Shown here: positions 59,924-64,000 of the stretch, one piece after another
How positions within the stretch are numbered: the stretch's first letter is position 1
Layout: each line of letters starts with the position of its first letter
Translations under genes and position numbers: made by a program
Notes under the pieces: generated by a model
The model's database searches: none
Told to the model about the DNA's origin: nothing
Seen by the model: only the letters and a program-made list of their open reading frames with translations
DNA from: Emiliania huxleyi CCMP1516
Lineage: Eukaryota
Reading direction: 5' to 3'
NCBI RefSeq assembly: GCF_000372725.1
Contig: NW_005202428.1
Location: 2,407,791 to 2,471,790, forward strand
DNA: 64,000 nt

Positions 59924-61594
59924 TCGAGCGCCCTCCCCAAATCTCGAACACATCTCGAACCGTCGCACATTGTACATACATACATATTGAATAGGAATAT
60001 CGCGCAGTATCGCGTAACATCGCGCAATTATCACGCAATATCGCTGCCCCCAACCCACCCCCTTCCGTCCGTGTCGCTCCCCGCTCCCCGCTCCCGTTCC
60101 CCTGTGTCCCTAATCGTCCTTCCAAGATCCTGTGCTCGTGGGGACCCTGTCCTTACCCCATCTCTCGTTCGGCGCGTCCGTTTTGTTTACGAGGTGGCAT
60201 GAAGGTCGCTGCGACGGTGGGCGAGAGACTGGGACGAGCGATATGCAGATGGGGAGAGGCTGGCGCCCGAGCCGACAAACCGGAGACGGATTTTGTGTTT
60301 TGTTTGTTGAGACGGCCGTCAACACTTCTCGGCTTGGGTGACTCGTGAAATCGGTCGGTGGCACGTCTGACGTCTGCGGGTCAGTCTGTGCCCGTTTGCT
60401 TCATCTTCTCCCCCCTCTCGCTCTCCGGCGCGGGCGCGCGGCGGCGGTTGTTTCTTAATCTTATTGAGTTATTCTTTACTTTCTTTCCTTTCCGTTTATG
60501 GATTATGCAGACAACGCACAATATCATATATCAATAATGAATAAATAAACAAAGCCTCCTCCGTGAAAGATCAGTACGATGTGCTCACGAAAGTTTTCAA
60601 AAAAGCGAGCGGCCCTGCGAACGTCTCGGGGGCGGCGGTGGCGGGGTTGCGCAGGCCTCCGCTCCCACACGCCCGTTCGGATAGGCTGCGCGCAGGGGCC
60701 GCGCCGCCTCGATTTCGCATCTCCGCTCCGCGGCCGACTGAGGGGCCAGCTCGCCCGGCGACAAGCCCAGCCATCGCCCAGCGCCCCGTATTGACGGAGG
60801 GCACGCAAAAAACCCGCACCTACGACTAGGGTGAGCCCGTGAGGGCGTCGGTGTCGGCCGCGGGCGGGCTGCGAGGAGGGCGCGGGTGGGAGCATGGGAG
60901 ATGCACCACCGCTCGACGAAGACGCGCCCGACGAAGCCCTGCTTGCGGAGGATGGTCGATCCTCACCTACTAGCGTCGGGCGTGTGCGAAAAAGAGCGCA
61001 AATCGGAGCTCAACTCGCGCGCGGCTGGGAAAGGGGTGTGGCACCCCTCCGAAGGCGCCTCGCGAGGAGCTGCTGCTGCCTCCAAACGCGCTCGGGCAGC
61101 ACGTCGGCGCGCCTGCGGGGTTGGGGAGGTGAAACTATGCTTGCTGGCACGCGCATCCCGCACCACCCCCACGTCCGCGCGCACCATGCCGCCATCCCAC
61201 CTCACAGCCAAGCGCCATCGCCGTCGGACGCGGCGACGCCGAGCGGTGGCCTCGCAGACGACGAGCGCGATGAGGCCGCCGCGCCGCCGGAGTGGCCGGC
61301 GCGTGCCAGCCGCTGGCCCGCCCAGCGTGGCGGGACCGGCTCGCCCATCCTGGCCCGCGCGCTTGCCGACGCGAGAAGATCGCGCGGGAGGGCAAATCTT
61401 GGGCAAAATGCCCTGTTTGCCAATCCTTCACGGCGACTTCACGTCGGAACGAGTCGGATCGACGACTCGCCGCCTGCACCAGCGTGTGCGCCTTGCAATT
61501 CTATACAGAATCGACACGTGGTACGTCTTCTCAATCGCTCGTGGAGAGGAGCTACGGCCATTCCTAAGTAGTGTTCAACGACGTTGAACAATGT

Positions 61595-61960
61595 TCAACG
61601 TCGTTGAACACGGTCCAGTAACCGAATGGCGCGGTTCACGCCTCGGCCCTCGCACAACAGAGAGAGAGATGCACTCTGCATGGTGGGACATAAAAGAGAG
61701 CGAGTACTTGGGCGAGTAGGCCGTGCGGTCGACGCTGCCGCGCGCGACTTTGCGCGCGAGGCGGCGCAGCTTGAGAACGGCGGTGGCGAGAAGCCGCCGC
61801 CAAACGTCTCGTGGAGCAGCAGGTTGAAGTTGTTGCGCTTGACAAAGATCGCGTCGTGGTAGAAACCGCGATGCGTTGACGTAGCCATGGCCGGTCTTGT
61901 GGGAGAAGGGTTGGCCGGGCTGCCCGCGCGCCTTGCAGCCCATGTTTAGGCGGCGGGCCT
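61595..61960 (-). mobile_element. Frameshifted C-terminal fragment resembling an RLE-type non-LTR retrotransposon ORF
   Basis: GCKARG..FSHKTGHGYV / GFYHDAI..LLLHETFGGGFS / DRTAY..SFMSHH..ISLSVV spread over shifting frames. Confidence 0.5.
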
Positions 61961-62474
61961 TCTATTCGGTGTGTTGCCAAAGGCGTAGGGGAGTGGCCAA
62001 CGGAGGCGGGCGTGCCCGCGCCACTCGAGGCGTTGCCAACACCCGTTGTTGTTGTTTGGTTTTCAAAAAATCTCCTAAAAATCTCTCTGTGTGGCAATGA
62101 CATGTCACATGAGAGAGAGCGCGCGCGGGCCGCGGGCGCGGCGGCGCGCGCATGGGGGCATACAAGATACATGCGTGTCCGTGATTCGGTCCGTGCGTGT
62201 GGAGTGCAACCTGCGCAGGCGCGCCTCGCAAGAATGAAGAAACACCTTTCCATATCTGACTCAGATGCCAGTACTGTTTCGAAACGACCAAAATGCCCCG
62301 GTCCCTTTCGCCTTTGAAGCGCGACGACCCCTGCTAGCTTGTAACTACTGCAGGAGGAGGGACTCGCCTAACGGGACATGCCCCGTGACGTGTCGTGGAC
62401 ATGCACATTTGCCTGACTGGGGAGCGTGCCCATGACTGGGGAGCCTCCGGCGGGAGCGGCAGGGAGGTGCGTGG

Positions 62475-63449
62475 TCACACGCCTCCGCCCTGGCTCTCCC
62501 TCTCCCTCTTCTCCTGCAGCACCGCCCGCAGCGTGGCGCGCGGCAGGCTCGCCGGGTCCGCAAAGGCCGCGTGCCAGAGCGCGTTAAGCCGCTCGAAGCC
62601 GGCGTGGCAGGGGTGGCGCAGGTCCCACGGCTTGGCCATCGTGAAGTGAAGAATGCGGACCTCCCCCAGCCGGCAGAGGCCGCGGTGCCTCGCGTACAGC
62701 CCCTTGGTCGCGTTGAAGCACCATGGCAGCGCCCTCCACGAGCACGGCGGCCCCGCGCCGGCCGCCCCTCGGTCGTGCGCAAAGTAGCGGTTGAGGAAAT
62801 CCTGCTCGGCAAAGGCGAACGAGGCCAGGTCCGAGGCGGCGAGGGCGGCCCGCATCGCCTCCGCCGTCGCGCGGCACGGCGAGAGGACCAGCAGCCCTGC
62901 GTTGAAGTAGTGGGCAGGTGGCGCTCCCGCTGGCGGCGACAAGTAGGGGCAGCCGCCGCTGCGCCCTGAGACGCAGCTGCACTCGGGAACGGCGTGCAGC
63001 GCTGCGCCGCCGCAGAGCCGGTCGCCAAGCAGCTCGTCGCAGTTTTTGAGCAGCAGCATGTCCGCGTCGAGATAGCACAGCCGCGAAAACTCGTCCTCCC
63101 ACTCCCACATCCGGAGCTTGGTCCAGCAGTGCGCAAAGTGAGCACAGGCATAGTGGGCTGCGCCAGCTGGCAAGTCGGGCGGCGCCACCTCGCGCACCTC
63201 GCAGCGGGCCAGCGCTTCGAGGCGGCCTCGCACTGCCGGCGGCACCGCCGCAGTCACGATCACGACGAGCGGGTAAGCGCTCTCGCTCGCAGTCAGAGAG
63301 CTGTGCAGCGCAATCACACCAGGGAGGTAGCTCGTGTCTGACAGTAGCGTGACGAACGCCCGCCGGGGAGTAGCGGGCGGCGTGATGGCGAGTGCGGCGT
63401 GGCTTTTCTTTTTCAGCGATTGTCGTGAGTATTGGGGGGGGGGGGGCAC
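62475..63449 (-). CDS. GT8 glycosyltransferase (glycogenin/galactinol-synthase-like); true start unresolved
   Basis: AFVTLL..YLPGV, WTKLRMW, YLDADML, YFNAGLLV, FAEQDFLN, ILHFTMAKPW. Confidence 0.92.
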   Translation of the reverse strand: MPPPPQYSRQSLKKKSHAALAITPPATPRRAFVTLLSDTSYLPGVIALHSSLTASESAYPLVVIVTAAVPPAVRGRLEALARCEVREVAPPDLPAGAAHYACAHFAHCWTKLRMWEWEDEFSRLCYLDADMLLLKNCDELLGDRLCGGAALHAVPECSCVSGRSGGCPYLSPPAGAPPAHYFNAGLLVLSPCRATAEAMRAALAASDLASFAFAEQDFLNRYFAHDRGAAGAGPPCSWRALPWCFNATKGLYARHRGLCRLGEVRILHFTMAKPWDLRHPCHAGFERLNALWHAAFADPASLPRATLRAVLQEKRERESQGGGV

Positions 63450-64000
63450 GAGTCGCTTTGAAGCGACTCCTGTCCGTGTACCTGTGTTTCAGTGCCAGTG
63501 CGCACTCCTCCTCCTCTCTTCCTTGCTTTCGTCTGGAATCGTCTCGGCCTATCGACCTCGGCCGCGCTTCGCCGTAATAAATAAATACAACGGACATCCC
63601 AAGCTAGGGCTGGGTCGAGGACAGACACGTCCCCACCTTTGCAGGATTTTGCAAAAGCGAGGGGGGAGCGCGCTTCGCCGCCCTCGGCGCTTCTGCCCAG
63701 CGCGATTTCTTTTGGTCTTTGTGCTCTTGCTTCCACCGCTAGTCGAGCCTGGCACACGTACGGGCAGCGAATGCCGCTCGCAGCGCTCACGCCCCTCGCT
63801 ATCATCAGCGGCTGCCTGACGGTAGCCGGCGTGGGGATGCACCTGAACCACTGGCTCTTCACCGGCGAGGTGTGCGGCGCCCCCGCTGGCGCTGGCGCGC
63901 GCGCAGCTTCCGCACCCCGCCGCCGCCCCGCCGCACGCACCTGCTCAGCCCGCCCCACGCTGCGCCGCACTCACCCCTCCGTCCGCGCGTTGCCCACTCC

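Noticed and set aside
60886..61587. ORFs in several frames
   Set aside because: GC-rich, no motif or splice support.

Overview
GC-rich eukaryotic nuclear DNA with many short introns, many with GC donors. The intron style and plastid-targeted proteins suggest a haptophyte alga of the Emiliania/Gephyrocapsa type (inference). About 20 host genes are recognisable: GPR180/TMEM145-like, SDR, MRT4, ABC1 kinase, MAPEG, VOC/glyoxalase-like, plastid NDK, RING-H2, fascin/kringle-like, acyltransferase-3, double-hotdog+START thioesterase, SLC35E-type transporter, Gemin6, PsbQ-like lumen protein, p31comet, STI1, EF-hand, SAP-WW-RRM and GT8. They are interleaved with dense, often nested mobile DNA. This includes a MULE-like foldback element holding a CACTA MITE, several 5'-truncated retroposon families with distinct tandem tails and clean TSDs (one with a tRNA-derived head), and a TSD-less 2.7-kb insertion with a 775-aa ORF. 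The strongest leads are (1) a repeated structured leader followed by a divergent C5-cytosine-methyltransferase-like ORF and (2) introns whose 5' ends duplicate the start of the next exon and that carry ~10-11-bp CGAGAT arrays. All homology calls come from motif recognition by eye, with no database search. Exon boundaries are approximate.
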